Shown here one piece after another: positions 13,801-25,012 of a stretch of 64,000 nt of DNA. The DNA comes from Takakia lepidozioides (Eukaryota; Plantae; Bryophyta): positions 32,054,001 to 32,118,000 of the forward strand of contig CM060731.1 in assembly GCA_030704615.1 (NCBI GenBank), written 5' to 3'. Position numbers and translations under genes: made by a program. Below the pieces are notes generated by a model that was given only the letters and a program-made list of their open reading frames with translations, ran no database searches and was not told where the DNA came from. Position 1 is the first letter of the stretch, and each line of letters begins with the position of its first letter.

Positions 13801-15131
13801 TGGAGGACTTTCCAGTGCTCTCAAATTTCTGTGTTCCTCTTTGCAGGTATATATTCTCCAAATGCATATCGAGGATTTGCTCGAGAGTTCATCAAAGATC
13901 TCGAGTCCATCAGGTAAGTCAGTGCTGAAATCTTTTAAAGGTTTCCTTCACTCTCCCACAAGTGCTAACTGACATCATGGCTGAGTTTCCCATTATGTCC
14001 AGAACAATATTCAGTATGAGGATACATATAAACATATGCTCAATGTTGTGAGTCTGCATTTTACATTGTAGTCCACATTCACTGTCAAGAGATGCTGTAG
14101 TCAGTGGGCAGTTGTATATGCTAGCTACTGCTGTGACAATGATGTTGGTGGTCTGACACCTAATGATCGTCGGAAGGCTAGGATTGCATACGTTCCTAAC
14201 CACATTTTTATGGATTACACTTCAAATCTATTCTGGAGTTTAGTCTGCACTGAACATGGATGTATGGTTTCCCTCCTCCTTTTCGTTCAGAAACCAAATC
14301 AGTCGATTTCTTCCTTTTGCAGGCCAAGAGCAATTTTGGACATCATAAGGTCGGCTGAAAATTTCAGGATTGCATCCACAGCCAAGATGCCAGAGCAAGG
14401 TACCTGTGAGCGATGTGGCTACATTGCTAGCCAGGTATGACACCTTTTTCTCCACGAGATTCCTATTTTCCTTCTGTAACATTGCTGGTCCTGTGTGGGA
14501 GGGTGGAAGAAAGACTTTATAACGTTACCATGGGGCCCTAATGGGGCTCATGTGAGAGAGAGAAGGGAGAGTCAATTTTGTTGCTTTTACAAGTTGTTTC
14601 TTGAAGCAGCTATCCATTGTGTTTTTCCCTTTCGCTCCATACAGAGCAACTAGCAGGGTGACAGCCGTTGTCACAATTGCAGTCTGGAAGAGGGGACAGG
14701 AGTAGAGGTGATATGAAAAGGATGCTTTCCAGGTGCCAGTTGATCTAAGTGCTGTTGTGCTCCATCAGGTGTTAGCTTTCCACAGCCCTCTTCTCTTAGG
14801 ATTGTGCCTCCGAGGATACAGCAGCCCTCTTCTTTTAGGATTGTGCCTCCGAGGATACATCAAGCGAACATTCACTAAGGACATTGTCTATGTATAAGTC
14901 TGCAGCTCAGTTCTTTCAAGTTTTTATGGTAACAAAGCAATCGTGGGTTTGCAGAAATGGTGTAAGGCATGTGTCCTATTAGATGGACTTAATCGAGGCC
15001 TCCCACGGCTGGGCATTGGCCGCACGCGCAGCACGTCATTGGCAAATGCAAGTAATACTGGCACCAATAGTAGAGACAGGCCTAGAAATAAGCCAATTCG
15101 CCAAACTTCAATGTCATCACTTGATTTCTGA
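10840..15131 (+). CDS. CTU1: Cytoplasmic tRNA 2-thiolation protein 1 (CTU1/Ncs6/ROL5)
   Basis: [15 protein letters not shown]|VCRDCF..., PP-loop VAIAASGGK|[60 protein letters not shown]|[24 protein letters not shown]|KWCKAC...SSLDF*. Confidence 0.97.
13121..13481 (+). other. U12-type AT-AC intron in CTU1
   Basis: 5' ATATCCTC at 13121, branch site CCTTGAC 13465-13471, 3' terminal AC 13480-13481. Removal restores EKEIV-M-YAYFKK (AT|G). Confidence 0.93.
14783..14859. repeat. 39-bp tandem duplication in last CTU1 intron
   Basis: CAGCCCTCTTCT(C/T)TTAGGATTGTGCCTCCGAGGATACA occurs twice. Confidence 0.9.
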
Positions 15132-15757
15132 TTATGTTGCTTGGTTTGATTTCATAACCCCATATTCTTAGGAGTGCTCTGTGGCACTCATAGCGTTCCT
15201 CCAGCCCATGAAAAAGTGGATCTCAGCCAATGTTGCCCATGGCGTCTAAACTTATTAGCATTAGCAATCTAGTTGATTGGAAGCTCTTAGGAGTCCAGTC
15301 CATGTGGGATCTGTTCACCATGGGGAAGGCTCCCTCAAACCTCTGGCCAGATCCAACCACAAGGATGGACAGATCCACATCCAAACAACATAGTAATTCG
15401 TTCACACAGTGACAAAGTTCTAGAGCTCTGTGAACAGAGTGTGTTTTTTCCTGTTTGCTCCTTCTCGGCACGTCGAGCAGCAATGCAGCAGCTTGCCTTA
15501 TTGTCAGGGCTTGCATGTATTCCATGGATTTGCTCCAGTGTTGGGCAGGTATTGATCTGGCACCAAAATCCTGCTGCCACCTGATTTGCCGCCCTTCCTA
15601 CAATTTTATCATTTTCGTGCTCCGAATTGGTAGATGAAACTACACATCTACAAGTTGTCTTAGGTTGGAAATCATGATGAGGGCCCTATTAGCCTTTACA
15701 ATAACTGACCCAATTTTGAAAGTGTGAATACAACATTTCGACGTTAAGGGGGCCAGT

Positions 15758-16598
15758 GAGGGAGGATTGCTATCAAATCTCATCCCCAGTCCAATTTCAT
15801 CCCCTATTAGGAAGGTGGGGAGCGCTCCACATCTCCTGTTCATTCCTCATGCTCCCCACCTTTAGGACCATCTTCCTAAGCATTTTCAATTTGGTTCCCC
15901 TGTTCTCACTTTCCGATCCCTGTCCATAGTGGCACAGGGGAGCGGGGATCGGGAGCAGGGGGAGCAAGCTGCGTTCCATAGGGCAAAAGACTGCTAGTCA
16001 AATCTCATAAGGTGGGGAGCGCTCCACATCTCCAGTTCCCTTCCTCATGCTCTGGGCCACCTATAGGACCATATCCCAATTTTGCTCAACTGTTTCTGAT
16101 TCCCCATCCCTGCTCCCTATAGTTGGACAGGGGAGCAAAAAGGGGACCGGGGACCGGGAATAGCGGAGCAGGCCGCGTTCCATAGGGCGACGAGGGGAGC
16201 GGAGACTGGGGACATGGGAACATGTCGCATTCCATAGGGAGAGCGGGACCAGAAAGGGGAGCAAGGATAAGAGACAGGGATAGGGAATGGGATTGGGAAC
16301 AAAGAGAGGAGCAGGGAAGCGGATATTGGGAACAGGGGAGCGGAGCGGGGATCTTGGACTTAAAACTATTTTGGAGATGAAAAAGTACATTAATTAGTAA
16401 TGATACAATCAATCACTCAATATGTTTCAAATGCCATGAATTGAATCTTAGATATCGTCGCTATAATGCACATCGACTAGCCACCATGCCACCCTCTATT
16501 TCTTGTGAAACCTGTGGTTTATTAGTTGTATTCTACAATACAAGCTCGCAGGTGATAGGGGAGCAGCGGGGATTGGGGATTTGATAGCGCGTCCCCTC
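15758..16598. mobile_element. Non-autonomous DNA transposon (MITE-like) with degenerate TIRs and many GGGGAGC subterminal repeats
   Basis: GAGGG..GCTATCAAATC..CCCC at the left vs GGGG..GATTTGATAGC..CCCTC at the right. Repeated GGGGAGC/GCTCCCC motifs. Internal duplicate AAGGTGGGGAGCGCTCCACATCTCC (~15812, ~16009). No TSD seen. Confidence 0.55.
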
Positions 16599-16648
16599 GG
16601 GGAAGGAGGACTAGAAAAGGGGAGCAAGTATGTGTTTCAATTTTGTTT

Positions 16649-17531
16649 CGATGTTAAGAAGTTGTATGGATGTTAGTTTGTTTCAACTGTGATTTGGAGT
16701 TGATTCATTTCTAAATTCTGATATGTGTGATTTAAATCTATTATAATTGAAGACTAAACGTCATAAATGTATCCTAATTGTGATATAGTGGAAGTTTAGG
16801 CCACAATGATTTTGATGTGACCATGACCAAGACTCCAATTGAGGATTACTAAAAAACCAACCCATCCAATAGGAAGGGTGGAGTGATTTGCAATTGGAGT
16901 TTATCTATTTTGTTTTTAATTGAATGTTTGATGTACAATTGAGAATGAAGTCTGAATGTATGTGTGGTCTATTGTGATCAATCAGACGATTGCTCATTGA
17001 TTTGTATGATTCAATCATTTGACAAGTTGAAAACACTCATCCCATAGCACTTTCTTCATAGTTCTCCCCAACAGCGGCGCCAAATGTTGAATAGCTCATC
17101 AATTGATGGATAATTACAAATTGTCGTAGTGGATCAAGATCGAATGTGGGGAGAACAACAAGGAAGAAGGTTGTCGCTAAGATAAGTAAATTCATGACTG
17201 AATCATACAAATCAATGAGCAATCGCATGATTGATCGCAATAGACCACACATACATTTAGACTTCATTCAATTGTAAAGCAAACATGCAATAATTCATCC
17301 TTCCTATTGGATGGATTGGTTTTTTCTTTTCTCCACTCTAACCACCCTCAATTGCAGTATGATCATAATCACATCAAAACCATCATGGCCTAAACTTCCA
17401 CTGCATCACAGTTGGAATACATTTGCGACATTCAGCCTTCAATTGTTATAGGCTTCAATCACACAGATCAGAACTTCAAAATAAATTAACTCCAAATCAC
17501 AAACTAACATCCATACATCTTCTTAACATCG
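16649..17531. repeat. Long diverged inverted repeat (arms ~16649-17018 and ~17194-17531)
   Basis: For example GATGTTAAGAAG.TGTATGGATGTTAGTTTG vs CAAACTAACATCCATACATCTTCTTAACATC, and ATTGCTCATTGATTTGTATGATTCA vs TGAATCATACAAATCAATGAGCAAT. Confidence 0.85.
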
Positions 17532-20500
17532 GCACAGACTTGAGATACAATATATATGCACATTCAACTAAACACAATTGATATGAGTTTTGAATACGCA
17601 CAGGTATGTGCATTGTCTGTCCGTGTTAGCACGCCTCTAGAATATAAACTCTACCAAAAGACACTGCAAAACATTCGTCAATTCCCATAACATCTTTTAA
17701 ATTTGTGTTTCGAACAACATTAAGAAGTACGTCTGAAATGCTACCTCTAATATTATGTGTAATTCTATCTCTAAAATTGTTGTTGGATCTGTACATATGT
17801 ACATGCGCCAGAGTCCCAAACAGCGGCAATGTAATAAAATGTTTTGTTGGACCTATTGCATGGAGCTACTACCAAAGTTCGATCTCTTAAGGTGGGCAAG
17901 GTTTATCCAAACAAATTTGCTGAATAACAATAATGCGATCAAAAGGAGGAAAGCTTGGCTTAGATTGATCAATTTAGCTTTGTTAGGATCTCAGTTTGAA
18001 TATATAGTGAAGAGTATTTCATTTTGGAAAGGGGCAACATTGTCGCTCGAAGGAGATGTCACTTGAATATGTCACCCATTTACATTGACGTCGGCCTTGA
18101 GCAAGTACATGTATGTCTTCCATGGCCCAAACAGGATTGCCAACTGTGGCCTCCATCCTTCCACAAACATTTTCTCATATCAGACCAGCATTGAACCTTA
18201 GACTTAGTCAGCGGCTACATAAGGATCTATGATGATTGTACATCAATGTTGGTTTGCCACAATGATGCAACATGTTTTCCAAAATGCATTGGTTCTAATG
18301 TCGATAGGATTACGTTGAAGAAAAATAGCTGGTTTTTTTAATGTGTTTCGTAATGGGAAATTGTTACTTTAAGGAGATACTACAGCTCTTCCTACTTCTA
18401 CTGTTGTTTCCTAAGATATGAAAGTGAGGACATAATTCAATGGAGCCTTGGTATCGACGTGATGCTGATAGTATGTCCAAAAATATCTAACTGCCCATAT
18501 TCACACTACCCTATATTGTTACTCGATAACATGGAACTTCTTGGTTTCATTTCCTGGAATAGTGTGATGTTTCACCAATTCAGTAAATTCGATAAGAGCA
18601 TCCCATGAGCTCGAATCTTCCTCCCCATCCGTCGCTCGTTTCAGATCCGTTGAAGTAAATAGGTGGGCTGTCGAGTGATAAACAACCACCATCACTATGT
18701 GACATTGACAAGATTTTGAACATCCCATCCGTGAAGGTTCGGCTTTTCGCGCGAGGTTGAAAGCATTCTGACAAGCCGCTGCATGACTTTTAAGGGTAAG
18801 TACGTTGGAGAGGAAATCGAATGCATCATTTTCCACCCGGATGATGAGAACCGCTCGCCACTTTTCCAGATGAACCTTAATTCTGCTAGAGAGGTGAGCT
18901 CATCCCTTGACAGAATGAAGGTATCACATGAGGGTATTGTCACAAAAGATCTACAACGTCAAATCACGGAACTCTATACGATAATCAGGAAACGGGATGC
19001 AGATATGGTTGCAATGAAGCTTATTATGAGACTTTTTCCAAGAGTTTCCTATTTCTTTTCACCGATGGTATTTCAATTTGGGAAATTGAGAATCAAAGAT
19101 TTGCACAATTGGTGAAGCAACCCGATCCATTGATTGGACAATCAAAGAAAGACTTTAGCTAGTTTCATGTATGTGGCACCTTTCAAATTCCAAATAATGA
19201 TGAACAAATTTAGGTTCACATTTTTGGATTAGCTCTGATGATACTCTCAACGAATGGTGACGCGATCTTCTTTTGAAACAATTGGATTCATATCCTACAA
19301 GATCATGAAATTGCCTTGAAGTTCATCTCAATATTTAATATGGAGCTTGATACTAAATATTCACTCGATCATACTGCAACCTAATTTCTTCAGGAGCTAA
19401 TCCGATTAAAAAACTTTCACAATATGTCCATGTAAGGCATTTTATAAATTGACGACGATGGAGCTCAAAAATTTGGGATCCTAGAAGAAGAGTTTTTTGA
19501 GTTTAAGGACTTCAAGTTGTGCTTAATACATAAGCCTAAGACAACATATTATCTCAGAGTGCAAAATTTCAATTATTCAATAGTTTCCTATCAAATGTCA
19601 AAATTTGAGGTGAAGATGGTTCAATAGTACCACGTGATTCCATTGATTACACCTATTATCCGAGGCAGTTTGAGGCACCTTGAAAATGATAGGAATAAGA
19701 GCAGTGGTGAAGGAAAAAGGCGCAGAAGTTGATTTATTTGCAAGGATGCAAACAACTAAGTGTGGGTGTATATAGAACATCCGAAAATCCTGGGGACTTA
19801 AAATTTGACATTGTGACCATTTTTGCAACATTTGGAGTCCAATAGATACCCCATAGACATATGCCAGTGTGTATAGGGCTGTAGAGGTTACAATTTGTTG
19901 GAACCATCAATAGCGGATTCTCTTTTGATCATGATTTTTGGTAGCATTCTCGAGTAGAAGAATGTCTCCAACTCAGCTGTACGTCTGTATGTCTGGTGTT
20001 AGTGTTGGTTAACAATTTAATATTAAAAAAGTACTTTCACAAGCAAATTTTTTTTAAATTTTTTAAAGGAAACCAAGCTGGGAGCGACACTAGCTCATAA
20101 TTCAGGCCCTTGAGGAGGGGAAAAATAACAAGTGTTGAGCGGGTATGTCAATGAGAACATCAATGAGAACCTACGGACCCGGACTTGTCAACATGAAAGC
20201 CCATTAAAAGCCCGCCGGCCCTGGGTGAGGATATTTAGATTTTTGTTGTCCGGCGGATATGCATAATCTATGCTCATTTTATGCATCGTTTTTGCTCACA
20301 TGACTGGCCCAACTTCTACCAACATGCATATCAATAGTTAAAATCGAAATAAAGTGTGAGCCAAAACATTTAGTATGCCTTCAATATACAAACATACCTC
20401 TGGATTTTCCCAAGAAATAGAAATATGTGGCAAAAGCCGCCATGACGTGTATATTTTGGATAGTATATATATAGTATATATAATCAAGAGAAATCGTCTT

Positions 20501-20574
20501 AAGAAACTGGGTCCAAGCTTTGCACTGAGGTCCTCATTCCTTCCTCATTCTAGTCAATCAGATCACTGGGTCAA

Positions 20575-21579
20575 ATGAGACTTTCTGATGAGAAAATATT
20601 ACTTTGTTTCAAGCATAACATCGCAAAAACAACATATGGGAGCTATGCTGAATTGGACTACTGCAAATGGTTATTGTACGTGGGATATTGGGGTGGGTTG
20701 CGAAGTGCATGTTGTGGTACTAGATCTGTCAAGCACGCACTTGCGGGGCACAATCACAGCTTGGAGTGACAATCTAACCTTCTTGCAGGAGCTGAATCTC
20801 CAGAACAACCATTTGACAGTACATGCTGACTGGCTTTTTTGAAAGGGGGATTGCCGGAGCCCATGGATATAAAATCGTAGATGAGTAGAGTTTGTACGGT
20901 TATACACTTTTTTTCTTCAGTATCTAGAGCGCATGTGCCTTTGGGAGTTCGTAGGAGAAAGCATATGCAACTCATGCCGTCCATTCACTTGTGTCAGGTG
21001 ACATACGAATTGGGCATGTCGGAGCAGCTAGAACTTCTTTGTTGGGAGGCAACAATCTTGTCGGCAAGATTGCTGCTGCTTTGGGCAATTGCACGTCCCT
21101 TCCATCTCTCCTCGTATCCAATAACCATCTTACAGGTGAAACCTATAGACGAGGCCTATTTTCCAAAAATTCAAATTTTTATTAGCAGTGGGAAACCCCA
21201 TTGATCACCGTCTAAGGCCGCCTGCCCATCGACCTATATTGTGACTTCATCTTGTCAACAACAAACCGCTGTGAAAGACTGAATATATGATGATAACAGG
21301 TCTGGTAGAGACCGGCCTTTAACTTCCCAAGTTCTGTCGAGAGTTAGAACTCTTGAGCTCTCGAGTACTGAAAGTGTATAAGTTGATGTAGACCCCGGTA
21401 ATTGTCGTAGGGCAATAATTGAGAGGCCCATAGCCTAGGGGCAAGCCGCCGACTATTCTGTCTGTTATGATCTAGAGGGCATGTTTCTTTTGGAGTTTCA
21501 TTGGGAACAATGTAGTCAAGTGACGTTTTTGTTTTTGTTTTGTTTAGTTTAGTATAGTTTAGTTTAGTTTAGTTTAGTT

Positions 21580-21610
<31 letters not shown>

Positions 21611-22960
21611 CAGGTGGCATACCTGTCTGAGCATGTTGAAGCAGCTGGAGATTCTTGGGTTGGCCAAGTTCAATATATAGGATTTGCTTCTCAGGCAATC
21701 CCACGTCCCTTATGGTGCTAAAGTGCATGTTCCTTTTGCAGTTTGATGATGAAAAATCTAAGTCAACTGACGTAACTATTGATGACCGCAACAGCAACAG
21801 TTTGACTGAATATCTCTCGAGTAGTGAAATGTGTTACAATTGATGGACACATAGAGAATAGGCAAGGGGAACTTGAGATTCTTGATTTCTGTGACAATGC
21901 TATGAGTGGGGCAATGCCTTCACAGCTTAGTGGTGAATTTTAGGGCCTAGGCATATTGAAACAGACTCAACGGCTCTATTCCATCTTGGATGGGAAGACT
22001 TAAGCACTTGCTGTTGGATCATTTAAGTACCGTAATGATTAATCAGTTCGTTCACTGAAACTACTAGACATGCAACCACGTGGCACCTTGGGTTCCCGCT
22101 CATCTTCTTTGCAGGGTTTAGAATGAGTTCTTGGTTCTTGACTCCGACGGGTAGTTGATCCTTTTCTTCTTAGACTAGCCGTGTAGTGCTAGAGAGCTTC
22201 TAGACGCGATGCAGTAGCAATGTAGCAACTATTCTTCTACTGTACTGTAAAGGGACAATCATTTGTATTATGCTTTTCCAACACTTGCAAGTGCTGGATT
22301 TCTCACAAAACAAGTTTCAAGGCGAAATTCCTGACGTGACTAGGTTGGAGGGCTTCAAGCTAATGGACAATTCTTTTGGGGACTAGTTTTTGAGTTTTAC
22401 AATCATGGATTACATGTTAGATTTTCGGTTAAGTCTAAGCAACAGAGGGCACACCCTGTTCTATGAAACCATCTCGGTGGCATTGACATACTTTGGTTTG
22501 TCAGCAAATGCTCTCAATGGAAGCTTTCTTTCTAGTCTGGGCACTTTGGTGGCTATGACATCCTTGAACTTGTGGAACAATGCCTTGCAAGGTGAGATCT
22601 CTCCAAATCTTGCAAATGTCTCACAGCTAGAGATATAGATCTCTCCAGCAATCACCTTACAGGTCAGATTCCAAGAAATTGGGTAGTTTTAAATTTTCTG
22701 GGAACCCTAGATCTCTCTCGAAATAATCTCTCGGGGCCCATTCTCACAGGTTGACAATTTGGTGTGGATACTTATTTCCCAGGAGATTCTGGTCTATGTG
22801 GGAACATCTAATCGAACTTGCTAGAGTTGAATTTGACTGACTGCTCCAGTGCAGAATTTTGAGTTGTCACCAAGAAAACATCGAAAAACCTCATTCACCG
22901 TGGATGTGTCGATACCAGGCTTGTACGGAGGTGGAGTCATTGGTGTTTTTTGGGATAAAG
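20575..22960 (+). pseudogene. Plant LRR receptor-like (RLP/RLK ectodomain) pseudogene
   Basis: LRRNT-like LL.FK..NW...CTW.GV.C..HVVVLDLS, and LRRs NLTFLQELNLQNNHLT, GNNLVGKI...LGNCTSL, LSANALNGS, LWNNALQGEI.PNLANVSQLEI*. Multiple stops and frameshifts; no kinase seen. Confidence 0.8.
21525..21611. repeat. (GTTTA)n microsatellite plus long poly-T
   Basis: Direct reading; ends at a CAG acceptor of the LRR pseudogene. Confidence 0.85.
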
Positions 22961-23784
22961 CCTGGAACTTTGTTTTCCATCCCGACTACCAATTGTAAGC
23001 TGTAACAGGCAGTATGGCATGTTCACTGATGTAGCCTGGTGTGTTTATCCTACGAATGAAAATGATGCTAAATGTGTTTTGAAAGGGGTGAAGGGTGGGT
23101 GATTTTGGTGCTAGTGTCCTTTCATCATATCACTCCTTTGAAGTGAGTCAGCCAGGAATAGCAAGCTTGAAGATTCTCAGAGCAAGGGGGTGAGTGCTTG
23201 AGGAGTATTTCAAGGATGCAGATCTTAGCCTAGAGTCAGTGGCGAAGAGTGTTGAGAGAAAGCAAGTATACTCAGTATCTAGTGTACTCCTTACCGAGCA
23301 GGTTGGGAGGTTAACTTGCCACTTGCCGTGTCGTTGTTTGAGCACTTGCTACATATAGATTGCTTGTAAAAATTATGTCGAGACTGCACAGCCAAAATCA
23401 CATTGCTCATTTTCTTGAGATCTGTCCCAGCCAGCCAGATGACAGGGCAAGAGAGCCCTACTTGCACTCTACATTCAGCCTTAAACACTCCATGTTGCAG
23501 TAGGCTGCAAGCTTAGGAAAATCATGTCAGCATCCAAGGAACACAAACCTACTCCAGCCACTGTTTCTGCCTCCTCGGCCTACTGTGTGCCATGACAAAA
23601 CAATAAGCTGGCAACTAAGGTGGGCGATGCTCATTTTATGCCTCCAACTCTTTCTAACACTCATTTGACATGGCAGATTGAGGGTTTATGATTTTCAGTG
23701 GCAAACGGTGCCAATAACGCACCAGACTGCACTCCTAACTTCAGTAAGGGGAAAGGTGTGTCAGTCGTAGTACACTTCTTTCAC

Positions 23785-24602
23785 CTAATCAGGGGTAGGG
23801 CTGCCCTGGTTGATCTCTGCAAACCGCATGCTGACGCGCATGGAATGTTTCAAGTACTTTTCAGCACATCGCCTCACGCAGGTTTCTTCTTGTTTGTCCA
23901 GACTCTTTCGCCGGAAGTTCTCCACACAGTGACAGAAGCATCTTTCCACCAGTGAATTGTACATCTTCAGGCTGTCCCCCCAAATGACAACCCCCATTTA
24001 TCAACACATTACATAGTACATACAAAACCCTGCCAGGGTTTAAAGCCCCACCGGAGAAATCAAATCCCTCCTTCGCCACAACCGGTAATCGAGTCCACTA
24101 CTTAGTTTCCTTTCCTTCAATAGCTTCAAGGAATCATCCAGAAGAGAGAACGACAGACAGAGAGAAAGATTGAGGTTTAGGTCAGTGACTGAGGGGGGAA
24201 ACGGACGAGTGCCAGTTGTAACATAAAACACACCGAAATGTGAGAGACAAGGCGCCAGACACGTACAACCCAGGTTATCCCTAACACCTGCCAAACACAA
24301 GTAGAACCTACCACAGTCTTAAATAAGACCGCTCTCGTGATCCGCCACATAGTTGGCACTTTCAGAGAGCGGCATTGTACTGAGAGCTAAATTACTAAAG
24401 ACCCACCACAAGCGCACAAACACAGAAACTCGAAAAGGGAAGAATCGGCGACTCACACTACCATTATAAAAGAATTGCTAGCCCGGACGGAAAGCAGGGG
24501 GATCCGGAAAACAAACCTGTCACGGACTTGCAGCTGATCGATCATAGTGGACATGCGTTGCTTGTCCTCTTCCCCGAGCCCCTCCAAATCGGCTGGCTCC
24601 AT
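23785..24602 (-). CDS. TIM9: Mitochondrial intermembrane-space chaperone TIM9 (2 exons, 24602-24517 and 23971-23785, 90 aa)
   Basis: MEPADLEGLGEEDKQRMSTMIDQLQVRDS|LKMYNSLVERCFCHCVENF...EETCVRRCAEKYLKHSMRVSMRF; twin CX3C motif. Confidence 0.95.
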
Positions 24603-25012
24603 CGCTCTCTGTAGCTGCCTGCGCAGAGCCTCGAGGACGCGAGCGGTGAAGGAAGGTGGGAAGAAAGAAGGAGGGGGGACCCCTCCTTTTCTTTTTCTCC
24701 TCCTTCTTTACGATCTAAATTGAGCTATAGGTTTATATTTTGGGCCCCAATCCAACTTCTAATAGCTTGGGCAGAAGGACTATGAGGGTTTGAGCCCAGG
24801 ATTGGATTGCTGGAAGAGGCACTGCAACCCGGGGTAGAGTATATGAGTGACTTTCTGCAGGGCACTGTGCAGATGTGAGCGAAGAAGAAGCTCCGCATCG
24901 ATTGCGCGGGGAAGTGTGTGCAGATGGGCGGGATTGCAAGTGAGGATTGTTGCGGGATCTGGAGAGCAGAGGGGCAAAGAGAGGGATAGAAAGAGGGCGC
25001 AGAGAAGGAGAG
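24603..25012. promoter_or_regulatory. Short head-to-head promoter region shared by TIM9 and TFIIB
   Basis: 410 bp between start codons; site II-like TGGGCC (~24741) and GAGCCCA (~24792). Confidence 0.55.

Noticed and set aside
15797-16412. Pro-rich ORFs on the - strand
   Set aside because: Products of GGGGAGC repeats in the MITE-like element.
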